This document shows positions 51,735 through 63,135 of a stretch of 64,000 nucleotides of DNA, piece after piece; within the stretch, counting starts at the first letter, position 1, and every line of letters begins with the position of its first letter. The notes beneath the pieces were generated by a model. That model searched no databases. It saw nothing but the letters and a program-made list of their open reading frames with translations, and was not told the origin of the DNA. This DNA is from an uncultured Acidobacteriota bacterium (GTDB taxonomy: Bacteria; Acidobacteriota; Vicinamibacteria; Fen-336): contig OY970399.1 of the NCBI GenBank assembly GCA_963720545.1, forward strand, positions 3,683,344 through 3,747,343. The letters run 5' to 3'. Made by a program: the position numbers and the translations under genes.

Positions 51735-52240
51735 TGCGCGACGAAAGCGGATTCACCCTGGTCGAGGCGCTCGTTGCCATCCTCATCTTCGCGGTCGGCT
51801 TGATGGCAGTGAGCAACCTCATGCTGGTCGCGGCATCCTCGAACGTCGCTGCCAATTTTTCGTCGGCGGCAACCGCAGCGGCTGTCGAGCGTCTCGACAT
51901 GCTGAAGAGCACGACGTACGAAAAGCTGGTCGAGGGCGAAGGCGGCAGCACCACAGCCGACGTCGGTGCGACGCTTGCGTGCGACTTCGACTCCGACCCG
52001 GCGGACGGCATCTACAACTGCAACCACGACGTCCCCGGCGTCGGCCAGATCCACGTGCGCTGGGCGATCGACGGCATGCTGCCTGGGCTCGACGGGCAGC
52101 CTACGGCGATGCGCATCACCGTCAGCGCGCAGGGCAACTCTCCGCTCACCGGCCCGCGCTCGCGCGCTCAATTCACCACCATCCGCTCGTGCACCAACTA
52201 TCAGGCGGATCGGTTTCCCGCAACGTGTCCGGTTCAATGA
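51734..52240 (+). CDS. Minor pilin, PilV-like
   Basis: The N-terminus is 'DESG|FTLVEALVAILIFAVGLMAV'. There is a GGAGG RBS and the ATG overlaps the preceding stop. Confidence 0.7.
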   Translation: MRDESGFTLVEALVAILIFAVGLMAVSNLMLVAASSNVAANFSSAATAAAVERLDMLKSTTYEKLVEGEGGSTTADVGATLACDFDSDPADGIYNCNHDVPGVGQIHVRWAIDGMLPGLDGQPTAMRITVSAQGNSPLTGPRSRAQFTTIRSCTNYQADRFPATCPVQ

Positions 52241-53340
52241 GGACGGCAATGAAGAGCACGGCAGGGGAGTCGGGTTTCTCGATGGTCGAGCTGATGATCG
52301 CTCTGGTCGTCACCACCATCGTCACCGGTGCCATGTACGGCTTGATGGCGGGAGGGCAGAGCGCCTTCCGCCGCGAACCCGAGCTGATCGACCGCCAACA
52401 GAACATTCGCAACGCAATGTCGATGATCGAGGAAGACCTGCGCACCGCCGGCTTCGGCATGCCGGCATTCACGCAGGTGTTCACCGCCGGCCTGGACAAT
52501 CTCGCAACGACACTGCCTTCGATCATCACGCCCGGCGAACGTACGGATGGGCTCGAGTTCCTTGCTGGCGACTGGAACTGTCCAGCAATACCGCTGTGCG
52601 CGTTCGACACCGCTCCCGATCCGATGGCCCTCAAAGTGCCGGTCGATTCCGTCTGCCTGCCACGTGCCGGAGCGCCGGGACTGCTCCTGATGACGAGCGT
52701 CAACGATGTCAGGAAGCCGGTACCCGGCATCGACGCGAGCCTCATCGTGGGCAGTGCCAGCCGCGTGGCGCTCGCTGCGGCACCCGCCGCCTGTGTCGGG
52801 GCCGCCCAGTTCACCCTTTTCAAGAATCAGGGCCCAGCCGCCTGGCACCCCGGCCTCGGTGGGATCACGCGCTACATGGTCTTGCCGGTGCGCGCGGTCA
52901 AGTATCAGATCGCGATGGATCCGGCGGAAGCGAACGGCCTTCCGAAGCTCTGGCGCAGCGTGACCGGCGGTCGCACGGCGGCCAGCAACTACGCCACGTC
53001 CGTGGCGCCGGGGCTGGATGCCACCTGGCAGATCGTCGCTGAGGGGGTCGAGGACCTGCAGGTTCAGTACATGTCCGGGCCGATCGTCGACCCCGACCCG
53101 CCTGTATGGGGACACGAGCCGACGCCGATTCTCGCCGGCAACGGACAGAGCCTGACGCGCCGCATTCGGGTCTCGCTTTCCGCGCGCGCGGCAACGATGG
53201 GGCAGGGCGGACTTGGGCGCGGCAGCGGCAACGCCGCGGTGCCGCTCGCCACCGATGACATCAAGCGCGGGCAGCTCACCTCGATCGTGACGCCGCGACA
53301 GATCGTATTCGCCCTGGAGGCAACCGATGCGCTTCGATAA
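52237..53340 (+). CDS. Minor pilin, PilW-like
   Basis: The N-terminus is 'GESG|FSMVELMIALVVTTIVTGAM', and the 'QNIRNAMSMIEEDLRTAGFG' pattern is typical of PilW. The start is the ATG at 52237 (ATGA overlap) or 52249. Confidence 0.7.
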   Translation: MRTAMKSTAGESGFSMVELMIALVVTTIVTGAMYGLMAGGQSAFRREPELIDRQQNIRNAMSMIEEDLRTAGFGMPAFTQVFTAGLDNLATTLPSIITPGERTDGLEFLAGDWNCPAIPLCAFDTAPDPMALKVPVDSVCLPRAGAPGLLLMTSVNDVRKPVPGIDASLIVGSASRVALAAAPAACVGAAQFTLFKNQGPAAWHPGLGGITRYMVLPVRAVKYQIAMDPAEANGLPKLWRSVTGGRTAASNYATSVAPGLDATWQIVAEGVEDLQVQYMSGPIVDPDPPVWGHEPTPILAGNGQSLTRRIRVSLSARAATMGQGGLGRGSGNAAVPLATDDIKRGQLTSIVTPRQIVFALEATDALR

Positions 53341-54166
53341 CCGCCGCGGCGAACACGGGTTCGCTTTGATCCTCGCGCTTCTCACGCTGATGCTGCTGAC
53401 ATTCCTGGGGTTGACGCTCGCGGCCACCACTTCGTCCGAATTGCAGATCGCGTCCAACCAGCGCTGGGCGGCGCAGGCCTACTACAACGCCGAAGCCGGC
53501 ATCGAAGCCGCCAAGATCGCGCTCAAGAACTACACGGGGTCGCTCGATCTCATCCCGTTGCTGCCGAATGCTCGCGGGGCCTGGGTGCCGAATCCCCTCA
53601 CCACCGTGGCGCTGCCGGCGCACCCGAACGGCTGGTCCGATACCACCGATTCGTGGGGCCTGCCGCTGCGAAACTGGGAGAACAGCACCTGCGACACGCT
53701 TGGCGGCAACGTCGGCTATGGCACCATCCTCGTGGCGCGGCCAAGCGTCGATGTCAACCTCGATGCCGGCGGCGCGCCGCTGCAGTACGTCACGCAGGTC
53801 GGCGACCTGCCTCTGCAGGGAGCGTTCACGGTCTGGGTGCGCCGTGCGCCGGTCATCAACCCCGACGGCAGCGTCAGCGATGACACCAGCAACACCGAGG
53901 CTCTCGTCACATCCGAGGGGGTGGCGCCGTATTCCGGGGCATCCGCGGGGTCTGCATTTGCACTGCGCAACCGTGCGGTGCGCGTGCTGCAGGCAAAGCT
54001 GAGCATCCTGGCGGAGCCGCCGTGCGAGGCGCAGCGCGGCCAGATCGGCATGTCGTCTACGGGATCAGGCTTCAGCCCGTGCTCGCTGCTCACGAGCAGC
54101 GCGCTCGCCGACGAGTTTGGCGGCGGTGTCAACGGTCCCGCCGGTTTCGGCGTGGCAGCACGGTAA
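53327..54166 (+). CDS. Minor pilin/tip adaptor, PilX-like
   Basis: 'GEHG|FALILALLTLMLLTFLGLTLA...ELQIASNQRWAAQAYYNAEAGIEAAK' matches the PilX N-terminal domain pattern. Confidence 0.65.
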   Translation: MRFDNRRGEHGFALILALLTLMLLTFLGLTLAATTSSELQIASNQRWAAQAYYNAEAGIEAAKIALKNYTGSLDLIPLLPNARGAWVPNPLTTVALPAHPNGWSDTTDSWGLPLRNWENSTCDTLGGNVGYGTILVARPSVDVNLDAGGAPLQYVTQVGDLPLQGAFTVWVRRAPVINPDGSVSDDTSNTEALVTSEGVAPYSGASAGSAFALRNRAVRVLQAKLSILAEPPCEAQRGQIGMSSTGSGFSPCSLLTSSALADEFGGGVNGPAGFGVAAR

Positions 54167-54184
54167 CGGGTAACAGGACTTCAG

Positions 54185-57100
54185 GTGGAAAAAGCCATGA
54201 ATGCGACACGTCGGGCACGGTTCTTCGGTGGAGTGGCCGTCCTGGGGGCGTTGGCGCTCGTCTGCGGCGACCGCCCGCTGCGCGCGCTGCCGGCAAACGT
54301 TGGCATCGACCCGCTCGAGGTTCTCGACCTGCAGATCAAGCCGAACGTGCTCATCGTTCTCGATAGCTCGGGATCGATGACCGAGACGCCCTACAGCACG
54401 CCTGTGCTGTCGGGACAGATCGCCGGCGACTATCAGCGGTCGAAGATGTTTCTGGCGAAGGATGTTCTGAACCAGGTCATTGCCGCCAATATCGATAGCG
54501 CCAGCTTCATGCTCGCCCAATACAAGCAGTCGGGCAGCCGCTTGACGGAACAGGCACCTGTTATAAACAGCACAACGGCCAACCGTTTCACGTACACGAC
54601 CGAGAGCTGGGCCGGCGCGGCGTTGCCGCAGGGACCCGGCCAGTCGATGGCGACCACCGACCTGACGGTCAGTCCCTTGTACGCATTTCAGAACATCCAG
54701 GCCGGGTGGAACACCCTGCGCTACCAGGAGAACAACGGCGGGACGACCGTCACCTGCACGGCCACCGTTGCGACAGGCTTCTACCCCCAGACAGGCACCC
54801 TGCTCGCGACTGCTATCCAGACCGCGATGAACGCGGCAACTTGCACAGGTGGCACGCGCGCGAATACCTATAACGTCACCTACACGGGCAGCACCTTTTC
54901 TTTCGCGCGAGCGACGGCTTCGTGCTCGCCTGCCACCTGCGGGACCAGGCAATTCCGGCTGGTGTGGTCGTCCGCGCTCTCGACGATCCGCGCGGTCCTG
55001 CGCGCGCCCAGCAATGCGCCCGCGCCGGCCTGGAACACGAACCCCAACCCGCCGGCCGCTCAGGTGTTCGTGGACCAGGGTCTTGGCAACGGTCCCTTCG
55101 TGACAGCCGATGCCCGGATCATGCTGCTGACCCGGGCGAGCGCCGACTCTTTCATCCAGACGTACGATCCGGACGGTGCGGCGGGCGCGAGCCCGTCGCG
55201 CGACGTGCGCCACTACCTCCTGCGCGCCAATCGCCTGTGGAACGGGCAGACCGTTTCGGTGGTGGCGACGACGGGGCTGGTTTGCGGAATCTCCAACCTC
55301 CCGGGACCTGCTAGCGCGCCGACAGTGCCCTTCGTCCGGCTGCAGCAGGTGGCCGCGTGTGGCGGCGCCACCGTGGGAGCGCCGGTGACGTTCTACTACG
55401 CTGGCGGCAACTTCACGGGCAACCAGCAGTGCGTCGACAACGCCGCGGACAATGCGGACCAGCTGGACGTGCACCTCAACCGTTGTGACGACCCGGACAC
55501 CACGCTGCAACTCGCCGCGGTCCAGACCTCGCTGCGTCCCGAGCTGGTGTTGAGTGGCAGCAGCATCGCCGGCTATAGCGAATCCAACGACGGCGTCTAT
55601 ATGGGCATCACAGCCCCGACCGTGGGCGGAATTCCCGCCCAGGGCAACACCCCTATTGCCGGGTCGTTGAAGCGCCTCAAGGATCGCTTTGATGTGATGT
55701 GGGCTAACGACCAGACGCCGGGAACGCTGCAGCTCCCGACCGACACGCTGGTGGTTCCCGCGCCAGCCTCACGCTACGACATCGACGCAATCAGCACGCA
55801 CAACAATCCGAAGGAGCCGACCATCGTCATCTTCGTGACGGACGGCGACGACACCTGCGCCATCGAGTCCGGGTCGACTAACAACAACGCGCTGGCGGCC
55901 GCCTGGCAGGCTCAGCGTCTTTACACGCCAATTGTCGGCTCGTTGCAGGCCAACGGTCAGTACGCCGCCAACACCGATACGGCGTCATCGGTCACCACTT
56001 ACGTCATCGGCTTTGGCAGCGGCGCCTCGGTGACACGCCTCAACTGGATCGCGTGGGGCGGCAGCGGCATGCAGCGACCCACGACCACGCAGAATCACTA
56101 CAACCGCGTACCGACCGACACCGTGACTCGCTGGCAGAGCGCACCCGCGTCGGCGATCGCCGGCGGCTGTGTGACGTGTCGGGACGCCCTGGTGGCACCC
56201 GACGCCGACTCTCTCAAGGCCGTGCTCTTCTCGATCATCAACCAGGGCGCGAAGCAGGGCGCGTTCGCGGCGCAGCAGTCGGTCGCCGACTCCGTGTTCG
56301 AGTACGTCGACGAAGTGACGAAGCCTGCCAACCAGGACGCGCTCGATCCGCGCAACCCCGACAACCGCTTCCAGGGCGTCGTGCCGGTGCGCTTCGAGAG
56401 CAGCTTCACGCTGCCGGGCTTCGAAGGCCACCTCCGCGCCATCACCGCGAGCGACGACGGCTTGACGGGCGTCACTCGCTGGGACGCCGGCCGCAAGCTG
56501 AAGCGCAACATCATCGCCGGTATGAAGACCTGCACCGCGGCACAAACCGGCACGTGCACCTATCCGCAGTTGCACGCGGGCGCCACCGACGTCAACGTCT
56601 CGACCTCGAGCGCGGCCATCAAGCGCCGGATCTACACGACAGGCCGCAACGGCGTGTTCACCACGACCGTCGACAACCTCACCGACGTCAACTTCGTGCG
56701 CGGCACCGGCCAAACGGCGACCGACAGGCGCCGGACGCTGTGGCCGCCGGAGGCCTTCGTAACCGCCGGTTCGCTCGACGGTCCGCTCGGCATCGCCAGC
56801 CTGACGATCACCCAGTTGCAGGCGACACCCTACTTCGCCTGCCAGGGTACGCCGCTACTGGCAGCGGGCTGCGGCAGCGGCACGGCAGCGACCAAGCTGA
56901 CCGCGGCGCGGAAGGAAGCGCGCGAGATGATCCTCGCGTACCTCGCGGGCGCCGAGGTCGAGCGCGACAACGTCGGGTTCCCGCTGCGCATCACCGTCGC
57001 GGCCGCGGGCCAGGCGGTCAGCGACATTCGCTACAAGGTGCGTTCGTGGCCATTGAACGAGTCGACCTTGTCTACACCGGCCGTAGTCGCGCCGCCGCTG

Positions 57101-58999
57101 CTCGCCGAGCCGGGCCTGGCAGTGGCCGAATACACGCTGTTCCGCGATGGCGCCAAGAACACCGTGACCCAGAACCTCGCCGACGCCGTCGAGCAGGGAT
57201 TTGGCCTGCGCAACCCCGACCGCGACTCGACGGCCACGATTCCGGCCGGCAGCACCACGCATGGCGTCGACACCCGGGCGACGCAGAAGCCCCCCATGAC
57301 AACCGTTTTCGTTGGGGCCAACGACATGCTGCACGCCTTCCGCGCCGGCCCCAACTGCGCGGCTGGCGGGTTGATCGACGCCTCGGCGTCGGTTGACCTG
57401 AATGCCGTGCAGCCGACCATGCCGGCCGGCTGCAGCGAACTGGGCGGCGAAGAGTTGTGGGGTTTCGTGCCCTACGACCAGCTCGCCAAGGTGAAGGACC
57501 TCCTGATTCCCGTGACGCGCGATCCGCACACCTACATGATCGCCTCCTCGATACGGTTCGCCGACGTGTTCGTCCCCGGCAACTTCAGCAAGTCGATCGG
57601 CGGCGTCACCTTCGCCGGCACCGGCGTCTGGCGCAAGGTGCTCTACTTCGGCCGCGGCGCGGCCGGCAGGTCCCTCACGGCACTGGACGTGACGGCCACT
57701 GGGCCGTTCACGAAGAAAGCACTCACCACCAACGGCCCCATCACGCTGTGGAGCCGCGGCAATCCCGACACCAACGACGGTACTGTCGGCGGCACGAAGA
57801 ACAACAACAACGCCGACTACAACGCCTACCTGCGGATGGGACAGACCTGGTCGGTACCGTCGATCGCCTGGACCGACCGCGCTTACAACGTGACCCCGCG
57901 CGTCGGCGAATTCGACTTCGTCGCCTACGTCGGTTCGGGCTTCAGCGACACCTGCCCGGCGCCCTCGGTGGGCTCGTGTTCGGAAGGCAAGGCCCTCTAC
58001 ACGCTCGACGCGCTCACCGGCGACGTGGTGGCGGCCACGGCCGACGTGACCACGCGCGGCGGCATCAGCGCCTACCAGAACGCGATCGTCGCGCCGCCTT
58101 CGGCCTTCAGCGTCGACACCACCAGCTTCTCGGCGGCAGAGGACGGCGGACATCCGTCGAAGGGCATGGTCACGCGGGTCTACTTCGGCGACCTGCACGG
58201 CTTCACCTGGAAGGTGAACTCCGCGAACCCGGGCACCCTTATCCTTCTCGAAGACCTGCAGTCGGGGGCCGGCCTTTCGAACCAGCCGCAGCCGGTCACG
58301 ACCGGCGCCGCCCTGATCAACCTGCCTGCGACCGGTTCCTCGAGCCCGCGGCCGCACATCTACTTCGAGTCGGGCAACCTGAAGCTTGGCAACCCGGTCG
58401 TGCCGACCAACAAGTTCCAGATGTTCGGCATCGTGGACAACCAGGTGTCGGATACCAGCAGCACGCCCGACAGCGACATCCTGCCGGGCTTCCCGATCAA
58501 CTTCGACCCCTCCGGGCAGAACTCGAAGATTCCGCCGTTCCGCGGCACGGCACAGCCGACGACCGTGTTCGAGCGCGACCCGAACAACACGGTCACCGGC
58601 CTGGGCCGCGTGTTCTTCACCGGCACGCGCTTCAACCCGCCGGGCAGCCCCGAGGCGCCGGATCCGTTCCCGTGCCGTTCGAGCTTCGACAGCGTCGTCT
58701 ACGTGGTCGGCGCCGAGACCGGTGTCGCGGCCTTCGACCTGAGCGCGGTGCCGAACGGCGGCTCGAACGACCAGTACGTCGTCTTCAAGGACAGCCGCCT
58801 GCTCGGTGTGCAGCTGGCACCAGACGTGCGCAGCACCAACGCGAGCGCCACCACCGTGCGCCTCGACGAGGGGCTGGTGAAGACCGACGCCACGGGCGAG
58901 CCGATCGTCAAGGCGCCGGCCCCCAAGGGCATCCAGCCCATCAACGTCGCGCGCGTCTCCACCGAAGGGGCGTTCAGCGCGTCGACCATCTGCCAGTGA
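54185..58999 (+). CDS. Giant PilY1-like tip adhesin (1604 aa) with an N-terminal vWA/MIDAS domain
   Basis: It has a signal peptide and a MIDAS motif 'VLIVLDSSGSMTE' (54362-54376). PilY1-type C-terminal motifs are 'NDMLHAFRAG', 'GEELWGFVPYDQL' and 'FGDLHGFTWKV'. It follows the four minor pilins. Confidence 0.8.
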   Translation: MEKAMNATRRARFFGGVAVLGALALVCGDRPLRALPANVGIDPLEVLDLQIKPNVLIVLDSSGSMTETPYSTPVLSGQIAGDYQRSKMFLAKDVLNQVIAANIDSASFMLAQYKQSGSRLTEQAPVINSTTANRFTYTTESWAGAALPQGPGQSMATTDLTVSPLYAFQNIQAGWNTLRYQENNGGTTVTCTATVATGFYPQTGTLLATAIQTAMNAATCTGGTRANTYNVTYTGSTFSFARATASCSPATCGTRQFRLVWSSALSTIRAVLRAPSNAPAPAWNTNPNPPAAQVFVDQGLGNGPFVTADARIMLLTRASADSFIQTYDPDGAAGASPSRDVRHYLLRANRLWNGQTVSVVATTGLVCGISNLPGPASAPTVPFVRLQQVAACGGATVGAPVTFYYAGGNFTGNQQCVDNAADNADQLDVHLNRCDDPDTTLQLAAVQTSLRPELVLSGSSIAGYSESNDGVYMGITAPTVGGIPAQGNTPIAGSLKRLKDRFDVMWANDQTPGTLQLPTDTLVVPAPASRYDIDAISTHNNPKEPTIVIFVTDGDDTCAIESGSTNNNALAAAWQAQRLYTPIVGSLQANGQYAANTDTASSVTTYVIGFGSGASVTRLNWIAWGGSGMQRPTTTQNHYNRVPTDTVTRWQSAPASAIAGGCVTCRDALVAPDADSLKAVLFSIINQGAKQGAFAAQQSVADSVFEYVDEVTKPANQDALDPRNPDNRFQGVVPVRFESSFTLPGFEGHLRAITASDDGLTGVTRWDAGRKLKRNIIAGMKTCTAAQTGTCTYPQLHAGATDVNVSTSSAAIKRRIYTTGRNGVFTTTVDNLTDVNFVRGTGQTATDRRRTLWPPEAFVTAGSLDGPLGIASLTITQLQATPYFACQGTPLLAAGCGSGTAATKLTAARKEAREMILAYLAGAEVERDNVGFPLRITVAAAGQAVSDIRYKVRSWPLNESTLSTPAVVAPPLLAEPGLAVAEYTLFRDGAKNTVTQNLADAVEQGFGLRNPDRDSTATIPAGSTTHGVDTRATQKPPMTTVFVGANDMLHAFRAGPNCAAGGLIDASASVDLNAVQPTMPAGCSELGGEELWGFVPYDQLAKVKDLLIPVTRDPHTYMIASSIRFADVFVPGNFSKSIGGVTFAGTGVWRKVLYFGRGAAGRSLTALDVTATGPFTKKALTTNGPITLWSRGNPDTNDGTVGGTKNNNNADYNAYLRMGQTWSVPSIAWTDRAYNVTPRVGEFDFVAYVGSGFSDTCPAPSVGSCSEGKALYTLDALTGDVVAATADVTTRGGISAYQNAIVAPPSAFSVDTTSFSAAEDGGHPSKGMVTRVYFGDLHGFTWKVNSANPGTLILLEDLQSGAGLSNQPQPVTTGAALINLPATGSSSPRPHIYFESGNLKLGNPVVPTNKFQMFGIVDNQVSDTSSTPDSDILPGFPINFDPSGQNSKIPPFRGTAQPTTVFERDPNNTVTGLGRVFFTGTRFNPPGSPEAPDPFPCRSSFDSVVYVVGAETGVAAFDLSAVPNGGSNDQYVVFKDSRLLGVQLAPDVRSTNASATTVRLDEGLVKTDATGEPIVKAPAPKGIQPINVARVSTEGAFSASTICQ

Positions 59000-59015
59000 C
59001 GTAACGCCGGTCACT

Positions 59016-59040
59016 CGCCGCGCCCATTCGGGGCGCGGCG
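59016..59040 (+). terminator. Perfect 10-bp GC hairpin after pilY1 (terminator-like, no U-tract)
   Basis: CGCCGCGCCC-attcg-GGGCGCGGCG lies 17 nt after the pilY1 stop. No T-run follows on either strand. Confidence 0.35.
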
Positions 59041-59080
59041 GGCTTCACCGGCGCCTCGGAGCGGTGTACCCTTTCGCGAT

Positions 59081-60103
59081 ATGGCGGGTCCGGTGTTCGT
59101 CCCCTGCGAAGCCTGCGGTGCCCGCAACACCCCGCAGCGCGCCCGCTGCGCTCGCTGCGGCGAGCTGCTGCGGCGCACCGTCAGTGCCGCCGCCGGCTCC
59201 CGCAGCGACGCCGAACCGGGCCAGGCGTCCTTCAAGTGGCTGGGGTTCGCCGTGGCCGCGTTCCTGGCTCTTGCCGTCGGCTGGTACGCCGTGCGCCGGA
59301 CGCAGCCGGAGCCAAAGCCCGACTCGAGCCTGTTCAACGCTCCAGGGGCCGATGCGACGTCTGTCGGTGGGCGCCAGGAGGTAGACCCGGCCGCCGCCGC
59401 GCGGAACGCCGATTACCGCGAAGGCGAGAAGCAGCTGCGCGCCGGCAACTTCGCGGGCGCCGTCGGCTTCCTGCGCCGCGCGGTGGACGCGGAACCGGGA
59501 AACGCCCTCTACCGCGTGCGACTCGGGGATGCGCTGCGTGGCGACGGCAACCTCGACGACGCGCGCCGCGAATACGAGGCCGTGCTTGCGGCCGACCCCA
59601 ACCGCCTCGATGCCAACCGCCAGCTGGGTACGCTCCTCTCTGCATCCTCCTCGCCGGCCGGGGCGCTGCCGTACCTGCAGGCCGCCGCTGCCGGCAAGCC
59701 CGACGACCTCGAGATCGTCCAGGAAATCGGCTGGGTGCAGGAGCGCACCGGCGACCGCGACGCCGCGGCCGCCACCTACCGCGACGTGATCGCGAAGTTT
59801 CCCGAAGCCGACGTGACCCGCTCGCGCCTTGCCGAGGTGCTGGTGAAGGACGGGCACACGGAGGAGGCGATCGCCGTCCTCGGCCAGGGGCTCGCGCACA
59901 CGCCCAACGTGCCGCGGCTGCACCGCGACCTCGGCTTCGCGCTGGAGCACACCGACCGCTCCCGCGACGCTGCCGAGTCGTACCGCGCCTACCTGCGCCT
60001 TGCGCCGAACGCCGGCGATGCCGCCGAGATCGCGCGGCGCGCCGACCTGCTCGAGAAGAAGGCAGCGGCGCAGCCGCCCGCGTCCCCGCAGCCGCCGTCG
60101 TAA
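59081..60103 (+). CDS. Zinc-ribbon, single-TM, TPR-repeat protein
   Basis: It has the N-terminal motif 'CEACGARNTPQRARCARCGELL', a TM segment 'WLGFAVAAFLALAVGWYAV' and then TPR helices. Confidence 0.65.
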   Translation: MAGPVFVPCEACGARNTPQRARCARCGELLRRTVSAAAGSRSDAEPGQASFKWLGFAVAAFLALAVGWYAVRRTQPEPKPDSSLFNAPGADATSVGGRQEVDPAAAARNADYREGEKQLRAGNFAGAVGFLRRAVDAEPGNALYRVRLGDALRGDGNLDDARREYEAVLAADPNRLDANRQLGTLLSASSSPAGALPYLQAAAAGKPDDLEIVQEIGWVQERTGDRDAAAATYRDVIAKFPEADVTRSRLAEVLVKDGHTEEAIAVLGQGLAHTPNVPRLHRDLGFALEHTDRSRDAAESYRAYLRLAPNAGDAAEIARRADLLEKKAAAQPPASPQPPS

Positions 60104-60112
60104 GATCGCCGC

Positions 60113-61492
<1,380 letters not shown>

Positions 61493-61614
61493 AGGGCAGG
61501 GTCTGGCGGGCGGAAGCGCTCATCGCCTGCGGCTTCCTGCTCCTCGCGCTGCTGCAGACGGGCCTCGTCGGCAGCCTCGGGACGCTCGCCTACGCGGGGC
61601 CCGACACCACCGCC

Positions 61615-63135
61615 ATGATGTGGGCGCTCGACTGGGTGTCGAAGCACTTCCTCAGCGCGCGGATGTTCGACGGCAACATCTTCTATCCCTCGCCACATTC
61701 GGTGCTGTTCGTCGAGCCGTTGTTGGGGCCCGCGGCGCTGGCTGTGCCGCTGCGCCTCTTCACAGCGAACCCGATCCTGATCTACAACGCATGCAACATC
61801 CTGGTCATGGCACTCGCGAGCTACGGCATGTACCGCCTGGCCTGCACGATGACCGGCGACCGCGGCGCGGCGCTCCTCGCCGGTGTCGTGGTGCCGTACG
61901 CGCCGCAGCAACTGCGCCACCTGGTGCACATCAACCTCATCACCATCGCCGGGTTCCCGTTCATGGTCCTCGGGCTGCTGAGACTCTTCGTGAAGCCGGG
62001 ACCGTGGCCCGCGCTGCTGGCGGCATTCGCGTACGTGTTCCAGGCGGGCACCAGCGGCTATCACGCGATCAGCGGTGCTCTCCTCGCACTCATCTTCGCC
62101 ACCTGGCGCTGGCGCGACCTGCGCAGGCCCAAGGTGTTTCTATGGACCGCGGCTGCCGCGCTCGCCGCGGCCGCTCTCCTCTCGCCCTACATCTTTCGTT
62201 TCCATGACTTGACGAGCGGGGAAGGGATGACTCGCGGTGCGCGCATGGCGCTACCGTATTCGCTCGACCTCGGGCTCGACCTGTTGAAGACGACCTCGGT
62301 CTTCTGGGCAGGCACCGGACTGTTGCGCGAGGGTGCGCTCGGTGTCTTCCCAGGCGTCACCGTCCTCGTGCTGGCGGTCGTCGGGGTTGCAACCCGTTCG
62401 CGGTATCGCGCGTTTCTCATCGCCATAGCCGTCGTTTTCGGCACGCTGTCGTTCGGTCCCTGGCTCAAGTATCGCGGCGAGATCCTCATGCCGCTGCCGC
62501 TCAAGTGGCTGATGGAGACACTGCCGTTCTTCGACGCCATCCGGCACCCGAAGACCTTCAGTGTTCCTGCGATGTTCGGCATCGGCCTCCTGGCTTGCTT
62601 CGGCGCTGCGCGGCTTTCGCTTGGCCGGCGACCGTGGGTACTCGCCACGGTCCTGCTGTTCGCAGCCGTGGAGAGTTTCGGCGGCTGGCCGCCGCGCGCG
62701 CCGCGACCGCCGCTTCCGGCCGCCTACACATTCCTGCAGCAACAGCCGCCGGGGGCTCACCTTTCGCTGCCGATGAACGACTCTGAGAACTACACGTGGT
62801 GGGCAACGCTCCACGGCATGCCGACGGTGAATGGCGAAGGAGGCTGGGACGCGCGCCGCTACGGCGACCTCTACCGCCTGCTGCGCCGTGAGTGGAACGA
62901 CCCTGCCACCGGCTCCCTCGCCGGGCGACGCTCCACCACCCTGCTCGCGAACCGCTTCCCGGTCGACTACGTCGTGCTGCGCCGCGCCGCGCCGCCCGCG
63001 ATGCGCCGCAACATCGACGCCACGCCGGCGCTCTTCACGCTGCTCACGGAGACGACCGACGGCGACCGCGTCTACCGCTTCACGCCTGCTGCTGCTCGAG
63101 ACGCAGCGGCAGGCGCCGCACCCGCGTCCCGATAG
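61615..63135 (+). CDS. Polytopic membrane protein with a C-terminal soluble domain (GT-C-like architecture, function unknown)
   Basis: It has about 11-13 hydrophobic helices followed by a ~130-aa hydrophilic tail. The in-frame upstream sequence back to 61489 encodes a typical N-terminus (KGRVWRAEALIACGFLLLALL), so the real start may be the CTG at 61489. Confidence 0.55.
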   Translation: MMWALDWVSKHFLSARMFDGNIFYPSPHSVLFVEPLLGPAALAVPLRLFTANPILIYNACNILVMALASYGMYRLACTMTGDRGAALLAGVVVPYAPQQLRHLVHINLITIAGFPFMVLGLLRLFVKPGPWPALLAAFAYVFQAGTSGYHAISGALLALIFATWRWRDLRRPKVFLWTAAAALAAAALLSPYIFRFHDLTSGEGMTRGARMALPYSLDLGLDLLKTTSVFWAGTGLLREGALGVFPGVTVLVLAVVGVATRSRYRAFLIAIAVVFGTLSFGPWLKYRGEILMPLPLKWLMETLPFFDAIRHPKTFSVPAMFGIGLLACFGAARLSLGRRPWVLATVLLFAAVESFGGWPPRAPRPPLPAAYTFLQQQPPGAHLSLPMNDSENYTWWATLHGMPTVNGEGGWDARRYGDLYRLLRREWNDPATGSLAGRRSTTLLANRFPVDYVVLRRAAPPAMRRNIDATPALFTLLTETTDGDRVYRFTPAAARDAAAGAAPASR

